NCBI GenBank assembly: GCA_019058275.1
Contig: JAHLVW010000103.1
Span: 1 to 64,000 of the forward strand
Length of the DNA stretch: 64,000 nucleotides
Source of the DNA: Candidatus Heimdallarchaeota archaeon
Lineage (GTDB): Archaea; Asgardarchaeota; Heimdallarchaeia; JABLTI01
Direction: 5' to 3'
In this document: positions 31,407 through 40,868 of the stretch, one piece after another
Position numbering within the stretch: position 1 is the first letter of the stretch
How the letters are laid out: each line of letters begins with the position of its first letter
The notes under the pieces: generated by a model
The model's database searches: none
The model's input: the letters and a program-made list of their open reading frames with translations, nothing else
Told to the model about the DNA's origin: nothing
Program-made: the position numbers and the translations under genes

Positions 31407-31753
31407 TTTAGTTATCTTTTTCTTTTATTTTTATTAAGCTAAACTTAGGTCTGATTTGTTATTGTTTAAAAATCAAACTTTAATCTATTTCGGATTATTC
31501 ATTATATGTAAACAAGTCATATAATTGCATTTTCAGAATAATATTAAGCATTTTAAGCTAGGAATAAATTACTATTTTGAGAGAAATGAAGTGACCAAAA
31601 TGCAAATCTACTAATATTGAAAAAGTGATATCAAACAAAAAACCTATTTTGAATTATACTTGTAGTGGTATGCATTCCTGATTAAACAAAGTTGTAGTTC
31701 ATCGCGAATTCAAATGCAATAATTGTCAACAAAGCTGGAAATAAGGATTTTCT

Positions 31754-32297
31754 CTAGATGTTAGTTTTTTTCCATTCTTTTCTTAGAATGTCCATTAATA
31801 GAACATCATGGTATTTTCCTTCTCTAAATCTTGCTTCCCTACGTAAACCAATTTCCTTAAACCCAGCCTTCAGATAAGTCTTAATCGCTCGAGTATTTCG
31901 TACATAAAACACGTAACTCTATTCGATGAAGATTAAGATAATCAAAGCCAAATTTTAAGAGAACCTTCATAGCATCAGTGCCATATCCTTTTCCCCAATT
32001 TTTCTCAGCATGAATTGCTATACCTAGCTTAGCTTTTCGATTTATGTAATTCAAGCCTGTTAAACAACATATTCCCAAAAACTTTTTCGTTTGTTTATTT
32101 TCTATGGTAAAGGTAAAAGCTGTTCCTTCTTTTCTGCTCTGCCAAGTACTTCTTATCCATTCCTTTTCCTCTTCTCGAGAGTTTGGTAATATGTAGTATA
32201 GAAAACTTCTAAGTTTAAGATCATTCCAATGTTCTATTATAGCATCCAAATCGTTAAGTTCAGCACCATGTAAAGATACAAGTTCACCATCAAACAT
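31754..32297 (-). pseudogene. RimJ/RimL-type GNAT with a 1-nt frameshift
   Basis: WGKGYG and LNLHRIEL, then NTRAIKTYLKAGFKEIG...MDILRKEW continues in another frame near 31905. Confidence 0.85.
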
Positions 32298-32384
32298 AGC
32301 TATTCCCTACAGAGTCAGTCTATAACAAACATATATATGTTAATTGGTAACATAGGAAAATGACTCAATAAATTTCAGCAAAAC

Positions 32385-33320
32385 TTAGCTTTTGAAGAAC
32401 CATCCTAATAATTTCAGGAAGAATTGAGTTGAGCCAAATTTCCTCAATGAGTTTAGAACTGCTTCGCTGAAACGCGACGACTGATAGTTTATTTTGGGAT
32501 TTTTCTTCTTGATAATTCTAAATGTTTTCTTAGCAGCCTTCAAAGGTATTGTACCTTCAGAAAAGAAACTTTCAGTAAAAATCCAAACCTTTTTCGCCAA
32601 TGGTAAATATGGAGAATTATTTGGAACTGGTGTTGGATCATCCATGAGACTAGTAATTTTTTGTGGTTTAGATTGATTCAATGCAATCATATTTGAATTG
32701 AAATTTGTTTTAAACGTTCCCAACACAAGTGAGGAGATTTTGATATTGAAATGTTTACATTCCAAATAGAGTGCCTCAGACATACGCATAATCGCTGCTT
32801 TAGTTGCTGCATAAATTCCCATAAACGGTAATGCTTGGTAACCTGACATTGAGGTGATATTAATTATACGACCTGATTTATTCTCACGCATTTTGGGTAG
32901 AACTTTTTGTATCAAGTGAATTGGACCAACGATGTTTGTATCAAACATGGCCTTCACTAAATCATAATCATTTTCTTCTATTGAAGAAAAGGTACTAAAT
33001 CCGACATTGTTTATCAAAATATCAACCATATTAACTTCAGATTCTATTTTTGTTACTAATTCATCAATTGATTGACTTGCTGTAATATCAAGTTTAACAA
33101 AATTAATCTCATTAAGAATTACATCAAGATTTGATAGTATCTTCTTAGGAACTTTAAAATTATTCTGCATAATGAATGTTTTTTCAAGCCCTTTCAGATC
33201 ATACCTTTCAGGATTTCTGGAAGTAACATAAACAGTATAACCTAAATATTTCAAATAAATGGCTACAGATAATCCTATACCAGAAGTACCTCCAGTAACA
33301 AGTACTGTTTGATTTCTCAT
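32385..33320 (-). CDS. Classical SDR oxidoreductase (17beta-HSD-like group)
   Basis: TGGTSGIG, NNVG and YAATK motifs. Confidence 0.88.
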   Translation of the reverse strand: MRNQTVLVTGGTSGIGLSVAIYLKYLGYTVYVTSRNPERYDLKGLEKTFIMQNNFKVPKKILSNLDVILNEINFVKLDITASQSIDELVTKIESEVNMVDILINNVGFSTFSSIEENDYDLVKAMFDTNIVGPIHLIQKVLPKMRENKSGRIINITSMSGYQALPFMGIYAATKAAIMRMSEALYLECKHFNIKISSLVLGTFKTNFNSNMIALNQSKPQKITSLMDDPTPVPNNSPYLPLAKKVWIFTESFFSEGTIPLKAAKKTFRIIKKKNPKINYQSSRFSEAVLNSLRKFGSTQFFLKLLGWFFKS

Positions 33321-33441
33321 ATCTAACCCACACGTATAAATCCCTATACGTTCTTTTAATCTAATAAAGTAATACTAAACTCCTATATAAAGGTTAAATC
33401 GACTAAAAAAAGCCATCCAAATCTAGTCTGCTAGATGCTTT

Positions 33442-34431
33442 TCATCTATAAGGTGACTGTTTGATAAGATACCATCTTACTATTGGTTTAAGCATTTTAA
33501 TCAATGAAAATGTTAAGCTATTGTTTTTCTTCATATCTGCAATGATGTCTTCTGTACTATGTTTTTGGAAATCTAGTAATTCTTGGCTCTCTGAAGTATC
33601 CATAAATGCAAAGTGATATAAGTTACCTTTGAATAGATCTCGAGATAGTGTTCCAATGCCACTTGCAACCATCATTTTGTTAATGAATTCCATGTAGCTT
33701 AGTCTACAGCTATCTCCACCTGCTAAATGGAGTATTTTGCCCCATATCTCCTCTGTAAACAGAGCATTAAAGAAAGCAATAGCTACATCCTCTTCATGGA
33801 TTAATTCTACATTGCTGTCAGCTTCTACGTCAAACATAGCTGGATTCTGTGCGAGGTAGTCTAATGGGGGAACAACTGTCAGCACAAAAATCGCATAGTC
33901 TAATTTTGATTCTTGTAATAGCTTTACACATTCTATTTTATGTGTGCCATAGTGATCTGTTCTGTTAGATGGACTCCCTGGTATAATCGGTTGTTTTTCT
34001 TTAGGAACATACCCATACATATCTATTGATGAAGGATAGATAATCTTTGTCGATTGATTATGACTCTTTATTGAATCAATGACAATTTCTAGACCACCAA
34101 CATTGACTTCTCTCACCTGTGGTTCGATTTCATCAGGAATTGGTGGTAAAACAAAAGCTAGATGGAAAATTGTGTCCTTCCCTCTAACCATTTCATCTAC
34201 AAGTGATTTATTTTTAATATCACCAAAAACTATCTTGACATTTTTGTTCTTTCGGTATTTTCTTGCTGCTCGTTTTGTTTTTCTGGTTGGTAAATCAAAA
34301 CAATGAATAGTAGCGTTACCAAAAGTGTTTTTCAATATAGTCATTTGCTGATCATTTAAAAAATAATCAAGTATACATTTGCCAATCTGTCCAAAAGCTC
34401 CAGTGATTAAGATATTTATTTCCTTTTGCAC
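33442..34431 (-). CDS. NAD-dependent epimerase/dehydratase (extended SDR)
   Basis: TGAFGQIG and YGTHK motifs; paralog of 22812-23753. Confidence 0.88.
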   Translation of the reverse strand: MQKEINILITGAFGQIGKCILDYFLNDQQMTILKNTFGNATIHCFDLPTRKTKRAARKYRKNKNVKIVFGDIKNKSLVDEMVRGKDTIFHLAFVLPPIPDEIEPQVREVNVGGLEIVIDSIKSHNQSTKIIYPSSIDMYGYVPKEKQPIIPGSPSNRTDHYGTHKIECVKLLQESKLDYAIFVLTVVPPLDYLAQNPAMFDVEADSNVELIHEEDVAIAFFNALFTEEIWGKILHLAGGDSCRLSYMEFINKMMVASGIGTLSRDLFKGNLYHFAFMDTSESQELLDFQKHSTEDIIADMKKNNSLTFSLIKMLKPIVRWYLIKQSPYR

Positions 34432-34585
34432 TCATATTCACCTAGCTAATAGTCTGTGTTAGGTAGGTAAATAAAGTTTATTTACAATGGGATAAATATT
34501 TTAATCCGTAGAAGTATAGTAATTCATTACAATTTAAATACTTAGAACTGCAAATTACATCATTAATAGGAATAGGGATTAAGAA

Positions 34586-35602
34586 ATGACAAAAGACTAT
34601 TGGATATTATTAGCTTCATTAAAGGATACTGGTTTTGATATTCACATTTCCGAGCAATTACCATTTGATAATATCCTTCCGCAAATCAATTATCTTGGTA
34701 TATTCGCTAGTAATTCAATTAATGATGTTACAGGACCTGTTACATTTTATAATCTGCTTGAATATCAATGTCTAATGTTCTCATTTGAAATAAAGGATAT
34801 GGCAGTAACTGATCCTCGAATGGTAAAGAACAATTACCTTGTGACTGCTTTTGTTCTCATCTTGTTTAAAAATACCCAAAAACACCAGCAGTATTTTGCT
34901 AACATGCGTTTACTGTTATTAGATAAAGTTACTCTCTGGAGACAGAATTACTCTAGGATAAGGGAAATTCAAGAGTCTGATTTCGAGAAATTGACTAATA
35001 TTCTTACAAATTTAGAAAGCATAGATAGCAAATTAAATACAGAGACTCCAAGTATTGAATATAACAAACTATTCTTTATTGATCAGCTTAATAACTTTAG
35101 TTCAATTATAGATAAACACTACTCGGTACTTTTTGTAATCAATTCAGAAAAATATTTTGAAGAAATAAGTAATATCTTCATTAATTTTGGTCAACATATT
35201 TTCCCAAAGATGGAAAAAAACTTTGATTCATTTAATGTTACAACAATAGATAATCTAGAAGTTAAATTGGTTGCTACAAATAGTCTGAAGAAAATGAAAA
35301 ATAAATCTGTAATGCTCTTATTAGATACTGATACTGAATTTGAATCATATATTCAAAATATTGATAAGCTTGAACTAGAAGATAGGGAAAATTGTTTAGT
35401 CTATCTTTATTCAGAAAAAGGTGAAAAGAATCTTGTTAAAAAATACTTTAACACTATCTATAAAATCAAAACTTGCAATGTGGGTTTTGTAGAAGAGGTA
35501 GATGATTCTTCATGGCTACAACAACTTATTCAATTCATGTATCGAGTTGTGTTCAAATTTAGATACTATGACAAAGAACAGGCTTTAAAATTTAACATGT
35601 AA
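34586..35602 (+). CDS. Hypothetical protein: N-terminal uDENN/longin-like domain, C-terminal alpha/beta domain resembling a degenerate G domain
   Basis: GPV...LMFSFEIKD...DPR...FVLILF strand pattern. The C-terminal part has GTPase-like strand/helix alternation but no P-loop. Confidence 0.45.
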   Translation: MTKDYWILLASLKDTGFDIHISEQLPFDNILPQINYLGIFASNSINDVTGPVTFYNLLEYQCLMFSFEIKDMAVTDPRMVKNNYLVTAFVLILFKNTQKHQQYFANMRLLLLDKVTLWRQNYSRIREIQESDFEKLTNILTNLESIDSKLNTETPSIEYNKLFFIDQLNNFSSIIDKHYSVLFVINSEKYFEEISNIFINFGQHIFPKMEKNFDSFNVTTIDNLEVKLVATNSLKKMKNKSVMLLLDTDTEFESYIQNIDKLELEDRENCLVYLYSEKGEKNLVKKYFNTIYKIKTCNVGFVEEVDDSSWLQQLIQFMYRVVFKFRYYDKEQALKFNM

Positions 35603-35763
35603 AACTACCCAATCAATACAATGATGCTCAAATTTTACTTATTTTCTTAAGATTTTTTTTGTCGAATGTTTTTTGCCTCAATAATACTTTTAAAAAACCC
35701 ACGTTTCGTATATTATATTATCTTATCATTAAAAGTGATTTATCAAACAAGAGAGGATTCCGT

Positions 35764-36315
35764 TTGAAAACTGAAGCTATATGTATAACTACAATGGGAA
35801 AGGAACATGTTGAACTAGTCGATGTCTTTCCAAAAGAATGTTTGACAAACGAACAAAAAGAGTTCATTCAAAAAAACAGCCTTCCCATTGGTGCAAATAA
35901 AGGTGATTACTTCACCATTGAAATGGATAATCATGGCAATGTGCTCTTTAGCTATGTTTTTGTAATTCCATCATTGGAAGAAAATGAACGAAATATTATC
36001 GCTTCTCTTACATCTATTGTAAGAGAGCATGAAAAGATTCTAGTGGACAAAATTCACGAAGAAAGTGAAATTCACAAAGAATTTGTTCGAAAGAGCTTTT
36101 CGTACATAATTGATGAATTACAAAAATTAGGCATCTTATCTTTACCAACAATTATCGAAATAATCCCAGCCATTCTAGACGGATTAATGAGTGGTAATTT
36201 CAAAATTGAGGTAAATGGTAGAAGAGTAATTGAATTCAGTTTTGGCATCAGAAAATCAGCAGTTGAAGATGATGATGAAATTACCAGAAAAACCATGATG
36301 AGTGAACTATATTAA
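35764..36315 (+). CDS. uDENN/longin-like protein (probable TTG start at 35764)
   Basis: ELVDVFP...IQKNSLPIG...YFTI...FSYVF...R...SLTSIV follows the uDENN pattern. GAGG lies upstream of the TTG. Confidence 0.55.
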   Translation: MKTEAICITTMGKEHVELVDVFPKECLTNEQKEFIQKNSLPIGANKGDYFTIEMDNHGNVLFSYVFVIPSLEENERNIIASLTSIVREHEKILVDKIHEESEIHKEFVRKSFSYIIDELQKLGILSLPTIIEIIPAILDGLMSGNFKIEVNGRRVIEFSFGIRKSAVEDDDEITRKTMMSELY

Positions 36316-36328
36316 AGGAGCTTAAGAA

Positions 36329-36862
36329 GTGTCATTCCTGTTAAAACTATTTATGAATAGAACAAAAAATGTAGCAGTAACTTTTTGTGGGCTTGATAAG
36401 GCTGGTAAAACAACTATGGTTGATTATTTGAAAACTGGTCAATTCAATGAGAACATACATGCTACATTGGGCATGAATAAGGAAATAATTGATGTTCCAG
36501 GATTAACTTTTAACGTAATGGATCTTGGAGGTCAAGAAGATTTCAGATGTATTTGGCATGAAGCCAATGAAAAAACAGATGTTTTAATCTATATTGTTGA
36601 TGCATCTGATTTTACTCGCTTTACTGAAACGAAAGAGATCTTTCATCAAATTGTAAGTACACAAATTAAAGATGATGTCGTCATAATGGTTCTCCTAAAT
36701 AAAGCAGACATTACTCCAAGAATTAATGGAGGTGCAGATTTCATCACAGCATTTGGTTTGAATAAGTTATCCAATACTTGGACACTATTTACAACATCAT
36801 CACGAACAGGTCAAGGTATCTATGAAACTTTTACTTGGCTTAGTAATCGATTTAAAGGATAA
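36329..36862 (+). CDS. Arf/Sar-family small GTPase
   Basis: G1 GLDKAGKT, G2 ATLG, G3 DLGGQ, R-x-x-W, G4 NKAD and G5 TSS. N-terminal amphipathic MSFLLKLF. Confidence 0.93.
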   Translation: MSFLLKLFMNRTKNVAVTFCGLDKAGKTTMVDYLKTGQFNENIHATLGMNKEIIDVPGLTFNVMDLGGQEDFRCIWHEANEKTDVLIYIVDASDFTRFTETKEIFHQIVSTQIKDDVVIMVLLNKADITPRINGGADFITAFGLNKLSNTWTLFTTSSRTGQGIYETFTWLSNRFKG

Positions 36863-36880
36863 AACTCAGGAGAAAGAAAA

Positions 36881-37861
36881 ATGCTTTCTGCAGTACAAAT
36901 ACTGTTCTTGATGATCAGTAGTATTACTTTTGTTTCTTTGTCATTCTTAGTTATTATGTTGTTTAGAAAATATCTAGAGAAGAAAACAATAGGAACTCTG
37001 CTGCTTTTATTTGCGTATTTTGACAGTTTAATGGCTGATGTTTTAATTGATATTAGTGTTTGGTTACAAATTTTTATACAGACTGAAACTGTTGAATTTG
37101 CTTCAACTATCTTAATGCATTTATCAACAATCTTTCTAATCCATGTCATTGCATTTATGTACTTCTTTGGTAATCGTGTCGCACTTCTAAAAGACAGTGA
37201 TATTACTAAAGTAATCTATACAACATTATTCCTTGGTCTTTGGGGAGCTTATGCAGCACTTGGTTTACAAGAGATTATACAAAAAGTTGCTTCACCAGTC
37301 TTTTATATTAAATTTCCAGTAGAAGGAACAAGTGTTTTCTTCATATTCCCAACAATTAATAGATGGCTATCAATAATTCCCATTTTATTTATGCTTATTG
37401 GAGTATTAACTTATTTCAGAATTTTCTTTAGGTGTCTAAGTCTTGCACGAAAAGCAAGAAATAGAACTGAACAAAGGATAAACACCTACAATTATTTATC
37501 TGTTATATTTTACATGCTTACTGGTGTAACTTTAGCACTTTATTATGTTTCAACAAATATCTATATAATGACTACTGTTTTTGCTATGCGTGGTATTTCA
37601 ATTGTTTTAGCATCTATCTATGGTTATCTAGGATGGATTCAACCCGAATTTATCAAAAAAGTTCTTAGAGACAAAACTCACATTGCACTTTATTTCGAAG
37701 GAAAAGTTGAGAGACCAAAAACTCCTCCAACCTTTTTCTCTACTCCTGAATCCAGAGAAAAGGAACAATCAAATCCACAGCATTTTGATAAAATTGTACC
37801 ACCAACAGAAACACCTACAGCAACATCTTTTCAACCACAAGAAGTTATGCCAGAAGAATAA
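36881..37861 (+). CDS. Seven-transmembrane protein with S/T/P-rich C-terminal tail
   Basis: Seven hydrophobic segments by eye, a basic loop between TM5 and TM6, and a ~70-aa polar tail. Starts 18 nt after the GTPase, with AGGAG upstream. Confidence 0.7.
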   Translation: MLSAVQILFLMISSITFVSLSFLVIMLFRKYLEKKTIGTLLLLFAYFDSLMADVLIDISVWLQIFIQTETVEFASTILMHLSTIFLIHVIAFMYFFGNRVALLKDSDITKVIYTTLFLGLWGAYAALGLQEIIQKVASPVFYIKFPVEGTSVFFIFPTINRWLSIIPILFMLIGVLTYFRIFFRCLSLARKARNRTEQRINTYNYLSVIFYMLTGVTLALYYVSTNIYIMTTVFAMRGISIVLASIYGYLGWIQPEFIKKVLRDKTHIALYFEGKVERPKTPPTFFSTPESREKEQSNPQHFDKIVPPTETPTATSFQPQEVMPEE

Positions 37862-38380
37862 GTTGTACCACCAATACCAGAAAAAGATGATGACGATTGG
37901 AGTTTTGAATAATATAAAACTCCTCGCCTTTTTATTTTAGAATATTTTCATTTAATATCTTATGACAGAGATGTATTTTTTTCCCTTTCAAATTTGATAG
38001 TCTTACGTATCTTGGCACGTTGAGATCTTTGAATAACCAAGTAAACGTACAAAACTAATGGCCATAAGAAAAAAAGTCTAAATGTAAAATCTAATGAACT
38101 AAATAGTTTTTTAACATTCAATCTTCTAACCTCAATAATATCTTCGAAAAAAATTATTTAAGAATCACTATAGAGGCAAATTCATAGTAAATAATGATTT
38201 TCATAAAAAAACAAAGAAATAAACTCATTGCTACTTGTTCTTCTTCATCCTAACAAGACCACATTCAGAACATTTAAATTTTGTTTGCTTGTGAAAACCA
38301 CCTTTCCTTTTAATGGGGTTCATGTGCATTCTGAAATTTTTTGTACGGCAACGAGTGCATTCCAAGACAAATCTATCCTT

Positions 38381-39714
38381 TCAAACTATGCTTCCTTTTA
38401 TTTTCTTATCTCTTCTTAGCTTAAGTTTTCGAGCATATGTCATGAATTTAGACTTAAATTGTTGATTTGCCATTCTTCTTCTAACTGGACCAAGATTGAG
38501 TATTATTCCAATAAACCTTTGAAGCATTTTATGTGTCCATAGGTACTGATTATCAAAAAGAAGATTCTGTAACTTACCAACATCTATAGCCATGAGAACA
38601 CCACGCTCGAAAGAATCCTTGGGTGTAAACATTAATTCTTCTCTACGAACCATTAGAATGGTATCTTTATTACAGTTGCGAGCACAAACCCCACAACCAA
38701 AGCATCGTTCGTAATCAACTAAATATTTCTTTCCATTCTCATCTGAGAGAATAGTAATTGCTTCTACTAGACATTTTTTAACACAAATCCCACAGCCATT
38801 GCAATTCTCTTTAACCATTATTGGTTTAAAATTACTATAAATGCCAGGATTATAACCAAGTCTTTTATAAGCAAGAATTGCTTCACAACAACAACCACAG
38901 CCATTGCAAATCCAGTTAACTCTATTTTGGACATTATCTCCTAATTGTACTAAACCCAACTCTACACATCGATCTAGAACTTTGTGTGCTTCTTCTTTGC
39001 TGATTTCTTTTGCAATCCCATGTTTCGACAGAGTTTTAGCTGCACCATTAAATGTTAAACAAACATCTTGAGGTTGATTACATGCTTTCCCCATATGCTC
39101 CATTTTATGCCTACAATAACAAGTTCCAACGGTTATCACTCAGCAGTTTCAATTATTTGAGATGCTCGTTCATAATCTAAAACTAGAGAATAGTCTTTGG
39201 GTTGAATAGTTTCCTCTTGGACAAATACTCGATCAATAGGAGTATTAGAAGCGAATATAGCAAATAGAAGATCATCTTCTTCATTCAAATATTGATAGTA
39301 AAGCTGTGAAAGTACTTTTCTGTTAAATTTTCCATCTGTTCGCATAAGTGAGAATTCAAAAAATCCTGCCATTGGTGGTGCTAAAATAAAAGTACGATTA
39401 TTATCTTGACGCCCATCGAAAAGTATTCCTTTACTAGCTAGAGTATCTAGAATTTCCTCTGCTTCCATAGGAGTTTTTTTCCAGATTTTTGCTGCCTTCT
39501 CAGCAGTAACAAAATTAATAGGAAGTTTTGAAACCAATTCTGCTTCTTCTTCAGTAAAAAGCGCTTGCAAAATTTCAAATAAAGCTTTTGAAGCAGGTAC
39601 GCCTTGTGGTGATTTATCTAACCTTTGCTGTAAATTGAGATAACTGTTCTTTTCTTGTCCTTTGATATGCCCCATATGATAATCTCCAATTGGTGTAATG
39701 TATTCGATTAGCAA
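38381..39714 (-). pseudogene. 4Fe-4S binding protein with N-terminal wHTH, frameshifted at ~39137
   Basis: CYCR, CNGCGCCC and two CxxCxxCxxxC motifs. Two ORFs overlap by 4 nt in mid-domain. Confidence 0.8.
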
Positions 39715-39850
39715 TTATTCTTTTTTCAATTTAATACACTTTTCCCTTTTAACTATTACTCGTTATATATTAATCACAACTCTAAAGTTTATCTATCAAG
39801 CTAAATGAAATTAAAAATTGAAGAACGTAATTCTTTTCAAAAAAAATCGA

Positions 39851-40003
39851 TTACTTACCAGTGACATCTCGAACAAAAATGAAACCATTTGACATGGCAG
39901 TATGAAGTTCCCATCCATCTCTAGCGATTTCATTTAACCAATCTTGCACTTTCTTGTGAAAATTAAATCCTCCAGGAGGTTGTAAAACCATATATTGTTT
40001 CAA
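39851..40003 (-). CDS. 50-aa DUF4177-like protein (missing from ORF track)
   Basis: Manual translation MKQYMVLQPPGGFNFHKKVQDWLNEIARDGWELHTAMSNGFIFVRDVTGK; LN-x4-GWEL motif; GGTGA upstream. Confidence 0.65.
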   Translation of the reverse strand: MKQYMVLQPPGGFNFHKKVQDWLNEIARDGWELHTAMSNGFIFVRDVTGK

Positions 40004-40223
40004 TTAATCACCATTCTAATTTTAACTTATTATACTATGATATATGAATTAAAAAGAATATTCTGTATAATAATCTAATTTGAATAAACAACGAAATGTT
40101 GATACGTATGTGAACTGTAAGAATAGATTATTGTTGCATTCCAGTTCTTTGCAAGATCTCTTGCTTAATTTCCTCTGCTACAGCTGGTTCGCTAATTGGT
40201 GTGCACTTTTCAGTAACTTCCAA

Positions 40224-40520
40224 TCAGTGTAATGCCCAAAATGCACTATTATAGACAACTTCTTCTTCATCGCTTTCATAATGATTGTCAATTGCCTTTT
40301 CAAGAGCCTTATGTGCTTTCTTTCCACCTATTCTCCCTAATGACCAAGCTGCCCAAGCTCGAGTCCGCCAATGAGGATTTTTAGCAAGAATCTTGGACAA
40401 GTTACCAGTTGCTTTTTCTGCTTTATAACCGAAATTACCGAGTTCCCAAACGATAGCACACTGCTTTGTAACTGTTTCTTCATCACTAAAATCCTTTAAC
40501 AAATTCTTTACAATATCCAT
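40224..40520 (-). CDS. HEAT-repeat protein, possibly truncated by TGA
   Basis: RAWAAWSLGRIG motif. The reading frame stays open past the TGA. Confidence 0.7.
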   Translation of the reverse strand: MDIVKNLLKDFSDEETVTKQCAIVWELGNFGYKAEKATGNLSKILAKNPHWRTRAWAAWSLGRIGGKKAHKALEKAIDNHYESDEEEVVYNSAFWALH

Positions 40521-40868
40521 GAATTTAACCCCTAGATATGTAGGATATGATTCCTAATGGTATTTTAACCGTTCTTTTTTAATTATCTTTGCATTTAGAA
40601 TCAAGCAAATTAAGAAAAGAATATCAATTTGCAAGTTGGTAAGGTATCTTATCCAAGTTTTGTGAAATTCTGCATTTGAACAACGCAAGTGAACATTGAT
40701 AAATTTAAAGATGATGATCTAAAAATTCATCAAGATTTTTGTCGCTGTTTTAACATTTGTAAAGTATATTAAATCGATATTTAGAAAAATAAACCACAAT
40801 CCTTTATAAAAGGACAAAACTATTTTATTTAACTTCAGACTTAATATAATGTACTATATACGGTCTGA

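Noticed and set aside
36881-37861. Rhodopsin (heliorhodopsin/schizorhodopsin)
   Set aside because: No retinal-binding Lys motif in the seventh helix.
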